From the IMG/VR virus record IMGVR_UViG_3300011008_000038, positions 22,871 through 86,870 of that record: DNA of 64,000 bases, one strand, 5' to 3'. Below are positions 48,595-59,084 of the stretch, piece by piece (the stretch's first letter is position 1; each line of letters starts with the position of its first letter). A program made the position numbers and the translations under genes. This DNA comes from a virus. Its lineage: Duplodnaviria; Caudoviricetes. The notes below the pieces were generated by a model. That model saw only the letters and a list, made by a program, of their open reading frames with translations. It had not been told where the DNA came from and did no database searches.

Positions 48595-49560
48595 TTATCT
48601 AGAATATAATCTATAAATCATTTCAATTTTATCACCTGTAATCAATGTTAATGATGGTCTTGTATATAATGAGAATAACCGCAATGACTCATATTCATCT
48701 TTTTCAGAGTTGTACCAACCTGTCACTAATCCAAATTCATTAACTCTTGGAGTTGTGTTAATAGAATCAAAATATTCTCTACAATCTTCACTTGATAATG
48801 ACATATTGATTTCAACATATGATTCAATTGCATCTGATGTTGTATTGGTAAATACAGTATCATCTACAGGAACTAATTCTTCAGTATTGTCAGTTACCCA
48901 AGCATGTACAATATGAGGAGAAGGATTATCAAATTTTTTAACATAATATGATGTTACAGGATATACTGAATTGGATTCATTATATGAAACTAATTTTCCA
49001 TAGTATTGTCCAGTTGGAATTTCAGAAGTATCTCTCGTCATTCTAAATGGTATTGGATTATAAAGATTTCTTTTTTTATATGAAGGAGTAATTGCTGTAA
49101 TATTATCTTCTCTGGCTCCTCCAGAACCAACCATAAATCCAAATATATAATTCATTGCTGAAATATTAATTCCACTATTAATAACTAATGATGAATCACT
49201 TATACTAGTTTCTGTATCATAATAGGGTGACTTGTATTCTGCTTTGGGAACACCGATTTTCATCTGAGGTGCTTCGTCATTGAGATCTCCAATTCTTAGA
49301 GGAGATTCTGCATCCAAAGCAATATTAAATAATTTATCAAATATAAATTGATAAGCCCCAATAGTTATGATGTTTGAACTTTTATATATTTCTCTTTCAA
49401 ACTCACTTCTATATGATTCAACACCAAATGGATTGGTATATTTTATCTGATGTCGTCCAATTCCAAAACTAAGTTCACCTCTTAAGCCTCCAATACCTTT
49501 TTTATCACTTAATTTTATTTTATCACTCATTTTAATAATTCGACTCATTATTACAAACAT
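48595..49560 (-). CDS. putative baseplate / tail-fibre attachment structural protein
   Basis: C-terminal RVNEFGLV..LFS..P pattern resembling fibre-attachment domains; structural-gene context. Confidence 0.5.
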   Translation of the reverse strand: MFVIMSRIIKMSDKIKLSDKKGIGGLRGELSFGIGRHQIKYTNPFGVESYRSEFEREIYKSSNIITIGAYQFIFDKLFNIALDAESPLRIGDLNDEAPQMKIGVPKAEYKSPYYDTETSISDSSLVINSGINISAMNYIFGFMVGSGGAREDNITAITPSYKKRNLYNPIPFRMTRDTSEIPTGQYYGKLVSYNESNSVYPVTSYYVKKFDNPSPHIVHAWVTDNTEELVPVDDTVFTNTTSDAIESYVEINMSLSSEDCREYFDSINTTPRVNEFGLVTGWYNSEKDEYESLRLFSLYTRPSLTLITGDKIEMIYRLYSR

Positions 49561-49599
49561 CCTTTCAATATAAAATATTTAATTTTAATTATATGGAGT

Positions 49600-50964
49600 G
49601 TGAAATTTAAAATGGCAAATGAAAAAGATGAAATTGATGTTATAGATTATCTTTGTAAATACCAAATACCTACCTTATCATTTGTATTGGAAGATGAAGA
49701 AATTCAAGTAAATAGTACTGATATTATTTCACTTACCAAATTTGATGATTATGATTCTAATATAAGATCTATGTTAAAACTTATTATACGTATAGATAGA
49801 CGTAAAAAATTATGGTTAATTAAAAATAAACGTAAAGTTATATGTAAAATAGAATTAGTTATGATTGGTTTAGATTCTGCAGATTCCAGTAGTAATGAAA
49901 ATGAAAATATAATTTTAGATCAAGAGGATATATTTAATTTAGAATTCGGAGTTTTCTTTAATGATGATGAAGAAGCTTATGATAATGAAATGTCTAATGT
50001 TAGCACAGTATTAGATGAACGAGGTAATGATAACATCAATGAAGATATTGCAACAGAAAACTATGGCGAATTCGAAAATTATCTTGATATTTATTTATTC
50101 AATTTAGAATTACTAAATCCATCAAATACAATGGTTAATGAAGTCTACACAAAAGATACATTACAACAAATAGTTGCTCATTTATTAACGAAAACTCAAC
50201 ATAAAAAAGTTATTATGAGTCCATTTGAAAATGATGAAGTTTATAACGAATTATTAGTTCCAGCACATCCAATATATGAAGCTCTTGCTTATTTGGAAAA
50301 TTATTATGGTTTTTACAAAACAGGAGCTATGATCTATTATGATATCGATACTTTGTATATATTAAATACAAATGGTGAAATGTCAGCTAAACAAGAAGAT
50401 GAATGGATTGAAACTACAATATTGATCAATAATCATGCATATGCTTCTTCAGAAAATGGAATGCTTCGAAGAACTAATGAAAAAATAAATTATATCCAAA
50501 TTGAAGAAAAAGATTTTCATGTTAATAAACCATCCATAATTAATAATAATAGTATGGGTAGTGATTTAACAATGGTAACGATAAATGGTACAGATCTTCA
50601 AGAAATTAAAGCAGACCAATCATATACTGATAAACGCAATAAACGTGTTATGTACATGAAACAGGGAGACAATAAATATTTAGGTAGTATATTGGAAACT
50701 CGAATGGAAGAAAATGAAATTGTTGTTGAAATTGCTGCAATGAATTTAGATATCCGAGCTTTTACACCAAATAAAGTATTTACATTAATATTTGATGATG
50801 AAAATAAACAAGAAAAATATGGTAAATGGAAATATCGTCTTGTGCGAGCTTTCCATAAAATAACATTAGATGGTATTAGATGGGCAAAATCAGTCCATCA
50901 GTTTGCATTGAAGAAAACACAAACAGATCATGAGGTTGAAGAATCACATGATGATGTTGAGTAA
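49600..50964 (+). CDS. putative virion (baseplate hub-like) protein
   Basis: ORF track; beta-rich sequence; function assignment weak. Confidence 0.45.
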   Translation: MKFKMANEKDEIDVIDYLCKYQIPTLSFVLEDEEIQVNSTDIISLTKFDDYDSNIRSMLKLIIRIDRRKKLWLIKNKRKVICKIELVMIGLDSADSSSNENENIILDQEDIFNLEFGVFFNDDEEAYDNEMSNVSTVLDERGNDNINEDIATENYGEFENYLDIYLFNLELLNPSNTMVNEVYTKDTLQQIVAHLLTKTQHKKVIMSPFENDEVYNELLVPAHPIYEALAYLENYYGFYKTGAMIYYDIDTLYILNTNGEMSAKQEDEWIETTILINNHAYASSENGMLRRTNEKINYIQIEEKDFHVNKPSIINNNSMGSDLTMVTINGTDLQEIKADQSYTDKRNKRVMYMKQGDNKYLGSILETRMEENEIVVEIAAMNLDIRAFTPNKVFTLIFDDENKQEKYGKWKYRLVRAFHKITLDGIRWAKSVHQFALKKTQTDHEVEESHDDVE

Positions 50965-52172
50965 TTTTTTTGCTCTCGTCATTGCAGAATATAATAATAT
51001 TTTTTTAAACATATTATCTGTTATATCATCATTAATTAATGTAACTTTATCCCAATATGAATATCTAGATAATATTGGTGTTAGTGAATATGCATATTCA
51101 ACATTTAAACAATAATCAGGAATATCTTGTTTCGATATTACTGAATTAATATTGTTTAAATAAAATCTATCTATATAAATATCTTCAAATACATCATAAT
51201 AAAATTCTGGTCTAAAGTCAATATTAAGATATTTTGTGTTAATTCCATGATTCATACATCTAGTAATATTTCCAACTAATCCTTTATGTAAATATATTTT
51301 AACACGTTTTTCATTTTTATTTGATAATACTTCATTATATAGAGAATTTGTTAATATTAATTTTTCTCCTATAATATTTTTACTAGTAGAAACTTTTAGT
51401 ATTTTTTCTCTATATATATTATTTATCAAATCTCTTAATTGATTTGATAATGTAATAATCATATCAGATGCTTTCAAATTATATATATTCATATCTTTTT
51501 TACTAGTAATAGATAATTGATTATAATTTCCTATAATTAATTTTTTATCATTTAAAATTTGATTAATAAAAAATATGATAGGATTTTGTAATAATTCAGA
51601 ATTACTTTCATGAAGTTCAATATTAGGAATATGATTATGAATATATGAATTTTGTATTGGTATTAAAAATGGATCTCTTATTAAGATAATTGGAATATTA
51701 TATATAGTAAGACAATTAACATCTTCTTGTGTTAATAATGAAGAATCTTTTATAATAATCAACTTGTATTGAATTGATGAATGTTTTCGAATCTTTTTTC
51801 TATATACATAACTAACATGTATTGAATTGATGAATGTTTTCGAATCTTTTTTCTATATACATAACTAACATGATTATACTTGGGATTCATAATAGGCATA
51901 GTATCTAAGTCTACGATACGTTCATATTTATACAAAAAACTATCAAAAAAATAACAATGGCTTCCAGTGGAAGCTATATCTAGAACTTGTTTCTGATTCT
52001 TAGATAAGTATAAAATTTCATATGGTTTAAATTCATGATATTTAATAAATTCATTTACTACTTCATTTATTCCAGTATTAATAGTTCCAGATAATTCTAT
52101 TATTTGATGATTACATTTATCATACCATTTATTTAATTTATTAAATGCTATATATTGATCATTAGTAATCAT
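50944..52172 (-). pseudogene. Dda/RecD-like SF1 helicase homologue frameshifted by a 53-bp tandem duplication
   Basis: Removing one repeat copy fuses ORFs 51759..52172 and 50944..51762 (..HSSIQYKLIIIKDSS..) into a 391-aa protein ending LLYSAMTRAKK (motif VI). Confidence 0.7.
51765..51870. repeat. exact 53-bp tandem duplication
   Basis: TGTATTGAATTGATGAATG...ACTAACA at 51765-51817 and 51818-51870. Confidence 0.92.
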
Positions 52173-52292
52173 AATATTTAAAAACCTTTCACTTTAAATT
52201 ATATAGAATTTTTAAAATATACGTATTTTGTCCAAACAAATTTAATAATTATACTAATTTTATAGTTAAATAATAAAGGAGTTGTTTAAATT

Positions 52293-53894
52293 ATGGCACA
52301 AACATATGGTGAATTAATGAAAGAATTTAATGCTATTTCATATTCTAAAGATGTGTTTGAGATTGAGAAAGACTCAGCTGAATTAATGATTATGGAAAAA
52401 TATATAGAAAATCAACTTTATATCAGAGAAAATTTTAATGAGAATGTATATGTTGATTATATGCTTGAAAAGGTTGATGATGGAAAATTATCATCAGTAT
52501 TTAAAAGAGCAAAAGAGTTAGCTACTAACGTTGGTGAAAAAGTGTGGAAATTTTTCATTAGAGTTATGGATATGATAACGAGCTTAATTAGTTCAGTTAT
52601 TAAATGGGTAAAAGATATATATAATAAATTCACATTTAAAAAAACTGCATCTATATTAAAAGAGATAACTTCAAAATCATCTAATAATACAAACATAAAA
52701 GAAAGTGTTGATACATTATATATTGAGAAGGATACAGAAAATACTAATAAAAATGAAGATAAAAATAATAAAAATACTAATAAAGATAAAAATAAAACAT
52801 CAGCTTTATACTCTAAAGTTTTAGATGTATTTACAGAATCTTATCAAAAATCAGCTAAAATATTTAATGATAATATTATTCATAAATTAAATACTGCTGA
52901 TTTAAAAAATATATTGGATACAATGAATATATATGTGCAATCTGCCAAAATTACAGATGATGCCAATCAAACAGTTGAATCAATTAATTATGAATCAGGA
53001 AATATTAAAAAATTCTTCAATGTTAATGTAACTAATTATCAAGATAAAATTAACTTAGCAAAAAAATTTTTGAATATAATAAATAATGAGAAATTATATG
53101 TTATATTTGAAGTACAAAATTCTGATAAATTTCCATTAATGAGTATAGATGATTATGAAGAATCATTATATAAATTATCAAATAATTGTTTTAATGTTCC
53201 GAAATCTTTAACTTGGTTATTGAAACAGAGTGCTAGTATTTTTGGTACAGGATTTGCAGGATATAAAATGTATACAGTATTCAAAGCGCTTGGTTTAATG
53301 GCATCTATAAAGTCTTTTGCATATTGGTATCTTGGTGTCTTTGCATCTATAATTATAATCGATGTAATTGGTAAATGGCTTAATAAAGAAAATAAATCTA
53401 TTAACAGATTAACCATAGATATTTTTAATGATGGATCTAAAATATATAACAAATCAATGAAAATAAGTAAAAATTTTAATATGACATTTGAACAAATTTT
53501 AAAAGAATTATCATTGTTTGCTGATGTACATGAAAAAGATTTTGCCAATAATAGTACAAATACTTATTTCAGTAAAGATAATGGAAATTTTACAAAACTC
53601 ATCAATAGTATTAAAAATAGTGGAACAGCAGTCTGGACAGTTTTAAACTATTTAGGTAAAAATGCACCAGTTGCAGTAACAATTAATGGTCCAACTAAAA
53701 ATGTTGATTGGAAAGAAATACTTTTTACGAAGAGTAAGAATTATGAATATATTAAAAAATATAGTGAAATTGGAATTAATATAATGACATTATATAATAT
53801 TTCAGCAAGTATTGTAAATGAACTATATAAATTATCAAATACTATTAATAAAACATATGATGAATTTTCTAAAAAAATGAATGAATTTATATAA
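52293..53894 (+). CDS. paralog-array protein 1 (putative internal head/ejection protein)
   Basis: N-terminal TYGELMKE..YSKD.F.IEK..AEL..MEKYIENQLY.RENF..VDYMLE family motif. Confidence 0.65.
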   Translation: MAQTYGELMKEFNAISYSKDVFEIEKDSAELMIMEKYIENQLYIRENFNENVYVDYMLEKVDDGKLSSVFKRAKELATNVGEKVWKFFIRVMDMITSLISSVIKWVKDIYNKFTFKKTASILKEITSKSSNNTNIKESVDTLYIEKDTENTNKNEDKNNKNTNKDKNKTSALYSKVLDVFTESYQKSAKIFNDNIIHKLNTADLKNILDTMNIYVQSAKITDDANQTVESINYESGNIKKFFNVNVTNYQDKINLAKKFLNIINNEKLYVIFEVQNSDKFPLMSIDDYEESLYKLSNNCFNVPKSLTWLLKQSASIFGTGFAGYKMYTVFKALGLMASIKSFAYWYLGVFASIIIIDVIGKWLNKENKSINRLTIDIFNDGSKIYNKSMKISKNFNMTFEQILKELSLFADVHEKDFANNSTNTYFSKDNGNFTKLINSIKNSGTAVWTVLNYLGKNAPVAVTINGPTKNVDWKEILFTKSKNYEYIKKYSEIGINIMTLYNISASIVNELYKLSNTINKTYDEFSKKMNEFI

Positions 53895-54010
53895 TTATTA
53901 TAATATTATAATTTGCAGAGGTTATGTAACCTCTGCAAATTATATTTTTCTATTTCACCAAATCTATAATATTGTTTTATTAGTTTATTTATAGGAAGTG
54001 AGATTCCAAT

Positions 54011-54080
54011 ATGAATTTTACAATTAGAAATATTGATGATTATGAATGAATTTTACAATTAGAAATATTGATGATTATGA
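54011..54080. repeat. exact 35-bp tandem duplication of a gene start
   Basis: ATGAATTTTACAATTAGAAATATTGATGATTATGA twice. Confidence 0.92.
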
Positions 54081-55209
54081 CATTGATACTAATTCAAAGA
54101 GATTTCAAGAAGTTTATAATCTTATAGAAAATTTTGATAATTATATATATGAGGAAGCTTATCTGTTCGAAGGTGCTGTAAACAATAATAATCTTGGAGA
54201 TACATTAAAAGATGCTTGGAAAAATAATTACGATAGTACAGTTTCTACTACAAAAACAGCTTTTACAGCTGCTAACAAAGTCGCAAGATCTTTAGGAAAA
54301 CTTTATAAACATTTATACAATTTAGCATTTAACTGTATTCATTTTATAGCGTCAACAATTTCATTTATCTTAGATAGTATCACATCAATTCCACGAACTA
54401 TCAATAATTGTTTGGATAAATTAAAATCTGTATCAGATTCTGTAATTGCCAACTTATCGGGAGACATCATGTTATATATTACACATAAAGATATAGAAGA
54501 ATTATATAAATCTAACTTTATGAATTATTTAACAAGATTTAAACAAACTGCAGAATTATTACAAAAAGATGAAATTTGGCAAATAACAAAAAAAGTGTTT
54601 TGGGAAGATACAAAAGTATTAAATTATCAAGCATTACTTGGACATAAACAAGCATATAAAGATCGTATAGTTAGTTCTAAAAAAATTAAAGGCAATCCTG
54701 AAGAATTAAAGAATAAAGGTATTATACCAACATTGGAAGATTTAAATGAAAAAATGAAAAGAATAACCTTTACAAAAACAAAAATTAATATGAAATTGGA
54801 AGGAAATAAATCTATATATTTAAAGAAGCCTGAAAATAAATCTAAAGATTTAATCAAAATAAGTTATCAAGGAAAAGTAACAACATATGCATATTATTTA
54901 GATGCAATGAACCAATTAAATACTGACTTATCTACAGTTAAGGATGAATTGAAAAAACTGAATAATGATATAGGTGCTAAGATATCACAACAAGCATATC
55001 AACATTTTGCTGAATTGCCAGAAGATGTTCAGAAAAAAATTAATAAAGTATTAGTCTATATCACAAATATTTGTAAAACAACAAGTCAGTTAACAGTTTA
55101 TATTCAGAAAGATATAAAAACTGTTGAAAATATGATTGATAAAATTATACAATCATCTGAAAATAATAATGAAAGTGATGGTGGAAATAATAATGAAAAC
55201 ATACAATGA
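54046..55209 (+). CDS. putative head protein within the paralog array (divergent member)
   Basis: Acidic N-terminus ending YLFE-G, then amphipathic helix as in neighbours. Confidence 0.55.
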   Translation: MNFTIRNIDDYDIDTNSKRFQEVYNLIENFDNYIYEEAYLFEGAVNNNNLGDTLKDAWKNNYDSTVSTTKTAFTAANKVARSLGKLYKHLYNLAFNCIHFIASTISFILDSITSIPRTINNCLDKLKSVSDSVIANLSGDIMLYITHKDIEELYKSNFMNYLTRFKQTAELLQKDEIWQITKKVFWEDTKVLNYQALLGHKQAYKDRIVSSKKIKGNPEELKNKGIIPTLEDLNEKMKRITFTKTKINMKLEGNKSIYLKKPENKSKDLIKISYQGKVTTYAYYLDAMNQLNTDLSTVKDELKKLNNDIGAKISQQAYQHFAELPEDVQKKINKVLVYITNICKTTSQLTVYIQKDIKTVENMIDKIIQSSENNNESDGGNNNENIQ

Positions 55210-55951
55210 TCTCAGGTTAGAAATATTATCAATTCCATATTCTAATGATATGTTTCAAATTGAAAAAGAATCTGCTGAGTTACAAATTATGGAGAAGTAT
55301 TTAAATAACCAAATTTATCTACAGGAGAATTTTCATTAAAATTCTCCTGTAGATTATATGTTAGAAAAAGTTAGTGATACTAAATTATCATCATTAATTA
55401 ACAACATAAAAGAAACAAGTGCCAATGTTGCAAAAAAAGTATGGAATTTATTTATGAAATTATTAGGAATGATGAATCGAGTTTTTGTTACAATTCAAAC
55501 TTGGTTTAGTAAGAAATTTAAAAAAGATAAAATAATTAAAGCATCAAATTTATTATCAAAAGCTATTACATATAATGAAAGTACTGATAATGTGTTTACC
55601 GAGGAAAAAGAGAACACTAAAAATAAAGTATTACAAGCATTTATTAAATCATATATAAATGCATCAAAAAGTTTTACAACTAAATTTAAAAATTCTCCAG
55701 GATCGTTGAAAAATATATTCAATGATATGAAAATAACTTTAGGTGATACTAGTACAAATGTCAATTTAAAAGATTTCTTTAATTTAGAAGAATCTTCAAA
55801 AAGTGAACAAGATGTAATCAATTATGCAAAACTATTTATAAGTATATTAAAATCTGATATATGTAAATTAACATTTGAAATAGATAATCCTGATTTTAAA
55901 ATATTATCAATTGAGAAATATTTATCTATTGTTGAAAAAAGAAATAGATAA
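55193..55951 (+). pseudogene. disrupted paralog-array member
   Basis: MKTYNDL..ENFH-TAA(55337-55339)-NSPVDYMLEK in one frame; then a 64-bp duplication and early stop at about half the paralog length. Confidence 0.75.
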
Positions 55952-56004
55952 TCCTGATTTTAAAATATTATCAATTGAGAAATATTTATCTATTGTTGAA
56001 AAAA
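55877..56004. repeat. exact 64-bp tandem duplication
   Basis: GAAATAGATAATCCTG...GTTGAAAAAA at 55877-55940 and 55941-56004. Confidence 0.92.
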
Positions 56005-56099
56005 ATATGAAGAGTACTGTTGTTTAGAAAAATAATAGATGAATTAGAATTTGTTAATATATAATTTATTTAAATAATAATAAAGGAGTTATTTAAATT

Positions 56100-57530
56100 A
56101 TGTCACAAACATATGGTGAATTAATGAAAGAAATAGTATCCATGCCATATAGTAAAGATATGTTTAATTTAGAAAAAGAATGTGCAGAATTATCAGTATT
56201 AGAATCATATATTGAAAATCAACAGTATTTATCAGAAAATTTTGATGATAATGTAAATGTAGATTATATGTTAGAAGCAGCAAATGAAAGTACTATTAAA
56301 AAAATAATGAATAGTATTGGAACTAAAATTACTAATATTGGTAAAAAAATATGGGATTTATTTATGAATTTATTGGATATGATTGGAAGAGCTGCAGGTG
56401 CTATTGTAAAATGGTTTAGAAAAAGATTTAATAAAGAAACTTTTACTAAATGTAAAAATAATTTAACTAATACATTATCAGCTAAATCTTCCAATAAAAA
56501 TGAAAGTGTTGTGTATACTGAATCAGATAATATGTTAAATCCTACTATACTATCAGCTTTTAAAGCAGCATATCTTAAAGCTCAATATAAATTTGATCAT
56601 GATATTTTAAAAGAAAAAAATAATAAACAATTAACAAAAATGTTTAATATGATAAAAGATGTATATGTTGTAAATGAGAGTAATAATAATTGGATATCAA
56701 TTAGAGAATTTTATTTAATTAAAGATATTGAATCTCCAAAATATATTGTTGATAAATTGAAAAAATTTATTGATATTTGTGATATTATACCAATAAAAGT
56801 TGTATTTGATTTTGGTGATAATAATTTTAATTTTCCAATAATAAGTATTGATGATTTTTGTAATATGTTATCTAACACTCATGAAAAATTTAATAAATTG
56901 ACTACTGGACCAAAAGGAGTTTTTGGTCAAATTGAAAATGGTTTGATGTTATCATCTGTTATTACTTTTATTACATATTTAATTAATATTAAATCTAAAT
57001 TTGTTACTTTAGATAATTTAATGATAGTGGGAGCTGGATCAATTGGTGCTATGCTGTCAGTAGTATTGATAGATTCTTTTAATAAGATTATATTAGGTAA
57101 ATATAAAATTGATGATCCGAAATATCCTACTATATTTGAAGTTAATTTAGAAAAAAGTGGTGATAAAGTGTATGAAATATCAACAAAATTTAAAGAAAAC
57201 TTTAATAATTCATTTAAAAATGTTGAAAAAATTCTTGGTGAATATATGAAGAAATATAAAGAAGATATAGTAATTAATAATGATATTAATGATACAGATT
57301 ATATGCAAATTGGTAAAAAAATTTTTAAAAAAGCATGTAATGCTATAGGGATAGACTATAAAGCAAGGGATACATTTTTAGAAGAGTCTAAAGGTTCAAA
57401 AACATATGCTATTTATATAAAAAAATATTATGAAATAAATTCTAATATTATGACACTTATTTATACAGCTGAAAATATATCAAATATACTTCTAAATATG
57501 GCTAGAGAAATTAATAATTCATGTAAATAA
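56100..57530 (+). CDS. paralog-array protein (putative internal head/ejection protein)
   Basis: MSQTYGELMKE..PYSKDMFNLEKECAEL..YIENQQY..ENF..VDYMLE. Confidence 0.65.
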   Translation: MSQTYGELMKEIVSMPYSKDMFNLEKECAELSVLESYIENQQYLSENFDDNVNVDYMLEAANESTIKKIMNSIGTKITNIGKKIWDLFMNLLDMIGRAAGAIVKWFRKRFNKETFTKCKNNLTNTLSAKSSNKNESVVYTESDNMLNPTILSAFKAAYLKAQYKFDHDILKEKNNKQLTKMFNMIKDVYVVNESNNNWISIREFYLIKDIESPKYIVDKLKKFIDICDIIPIKVVFDFGDNNFNFPIISIDDFCNMLSNTHEKFNKLTTGPKGVFGQIENGLMLSSVITFITYLINIKSKFVTLDNLMIVGAGSIGAMLSVVLIDSFNKIILGKYKIDDPKYPTIFEVNLEKSGDKVYEISTKFKENFNNSFKNVEKILGEYMKKYKEDIVINNDINDTDYMQIGKKIFKKACNAIGIDYKARDTFLEESKGSKTYAIYIKKYYEINSNIMTLIYTAENISNILLNMAREINNSCK

Positions 57531-57574
57531 ATATATAATTAAAGGTAAATAAATATATAAAATATATAATAATC

Positions 57575-57612
57575 AATATACAATCTACCATTATAATGGT
57601 AGATTGTATATT
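57575..57612. repeat. perfect 38-bp palindrome
   Basis: AATATACAATCTACCATTA-TAATGGTAGATTGTATATT. Confidence 0.85.
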
Positions 57613-57663
57613 AATATTTTTACCATTCTTATAATAATGACTTATTATCTTATATAGTAAAGG

Positions 57664-59064
57664 ATGAATATAATAATGACTTATAATGAATTAGTATTAG
57701 AACTGCAAACATTACCATATTCAAAAGAATTCATGGAAATTAAAAAAGAATCATATGAATTGGAATTAATGGAATCGTATATAGAGAATCAATTATACTT
57801 GAGAGAAAATTTTAATAATTTTGATGTTATACAAAATGATATTATATTGGAAGGAATATCTGATAAAATTAAAACCATAGCATCCAATATTTGGACTAAA
57901 ATATATAATTTTTTTATAGGTATTTTAAAAATGATTCATAAGGCTTTAGGATCATTAATTAATTTTATTGAAAGACATTTTAATCCAACATTAGAAGGTA
58001 GAGCTAAAGCTGAAGCTGAGAAGGTTGCTAAAGATTTATTAGATGCTGGAAAAAATATTGGAAAAGATTTAATGAATAAAGTAAAAAATAAAATAGATGA
58101 TGGATTAACAGTGGAAGCAACTGATCCATTTACAAAATATAATTTAAATATGAATGATGAAAATAAACGAAGATTTCGTGAAGTTAATTTACATGAATCT
58201 CTACATCCTAGAGATTTTATTAAAAATTATAAAAAAATTATTAATAAATTTAATAATTTAAAGGTATTTTTAGATAAAAAATATATTATTGCATCATATG
58301 TACAAAAAGGTGATATAGATAAATTTTTAAAAAATGATGATACTGAAAATATTGAAAAAATTTGTAAAATTTTTATAGATTTATTAAAAAATGATTTTAA
58401 TAAAAGAACTATTATATTTTATATTGATCCTCATAATATTACATTGGATAATCCAATACTATCAATTGAAAATTATATAGATTTATTTAAACCTTTTACA
58501 GATAATTTTATAATACCTGATAAAATTATGAAGTATTTTTGCTTTAAATTTAAAGATAATAAAATTAAAGGTAAATTAAAAAATGATAATTATTATTCAT
58601 ATATAGCATCAATGTTATTAATGAATTTAATTTCAATGAGAATCGGTTATAAATTAGAAGATGCAAATAGAAAGAAATGGTATGCTAATAAAAAATATAT
58701 AGAGCTTAAAATGGATTATAAAAAATATGGAACAGATTTATATTATTCAATTGATAAATTAATGGGTAATGCTAATAAATCAATAGATGATATTACTAAA
58801 CATATGAAAACTATCTATAGTTCTAATATTAAATTAGATGATAATAAATCAATTAAAATGGATATTGCAAAACTTTTAAAAATTCCTAAGGAATATATTA
58901 AATCACAAAAAATTTTTACAGATTTTAATGGAATTTCTACAAATGTTGATAGTGTGAATATTAATTTAAAAAGATTATCTATATTAAATAATAATTTATT
59001 ATCATTATTTAATTATGGATTAGAAATAGAAGATCTTATTGAGTCATTTATTTGGAATACATAA
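57664..59064 (+). CDS. paralog-array protein (putative internal head/ejection protein)
   Basis: TYNELVLE..PYSKEF..KKESYELELMESYIENQLYLRENF..IILE-G. Confidence 0.65.
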   Translation: MNIIMTYNELVLELQTLPYSKEFMEIKKESYELELMESYIENQLYLRENFNNFDVIQNDIILEGISDKIKTIASNIWTKIYNFFIGILKMIHKALGSLINFIERHFNPTLEGRAKAEAEKVAKDLLDAGKNIGKDLMNKVKNKIDDGLTVEATDPFTKYNLNMNDENKRRFREVNLHESLHPRDFIKNYKKIINKFNNLKVFLDKKYIIASYVQKGDIDKFLKNDDTENIEKICKIFIDLLKNDFNKRTIIFYIDPHNITLDNPILSIENYIDLFKPFTDNFIIPDKIMKYFCFKFKDNKIKGKLKNDNYYSYIASMLLMNLISMRIGYKLEDANRKKWYANKKYIELKMDYKKYGTDLYYSIDKLMGNANKSIDDITKHMKTIYSSNIKLDDNKSIKMDIAKLLKIPKEYIKSQKIFTDFNGISTNVDSVNINLKRLSILNNNLLSLFNYGLEIEDLIESFIWNT

Positions 59065-59084
59065 ATAGAAGGAGTTGTTTATAA

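Noticed and set aside
55337-55339. In-frame TAA as a sign of stop-codon reassignment
   Set aside because: All other long genes are intact in code 11 and TAA ends many of them; a single nonsense mutation in an otherwise damaged gene is simpler
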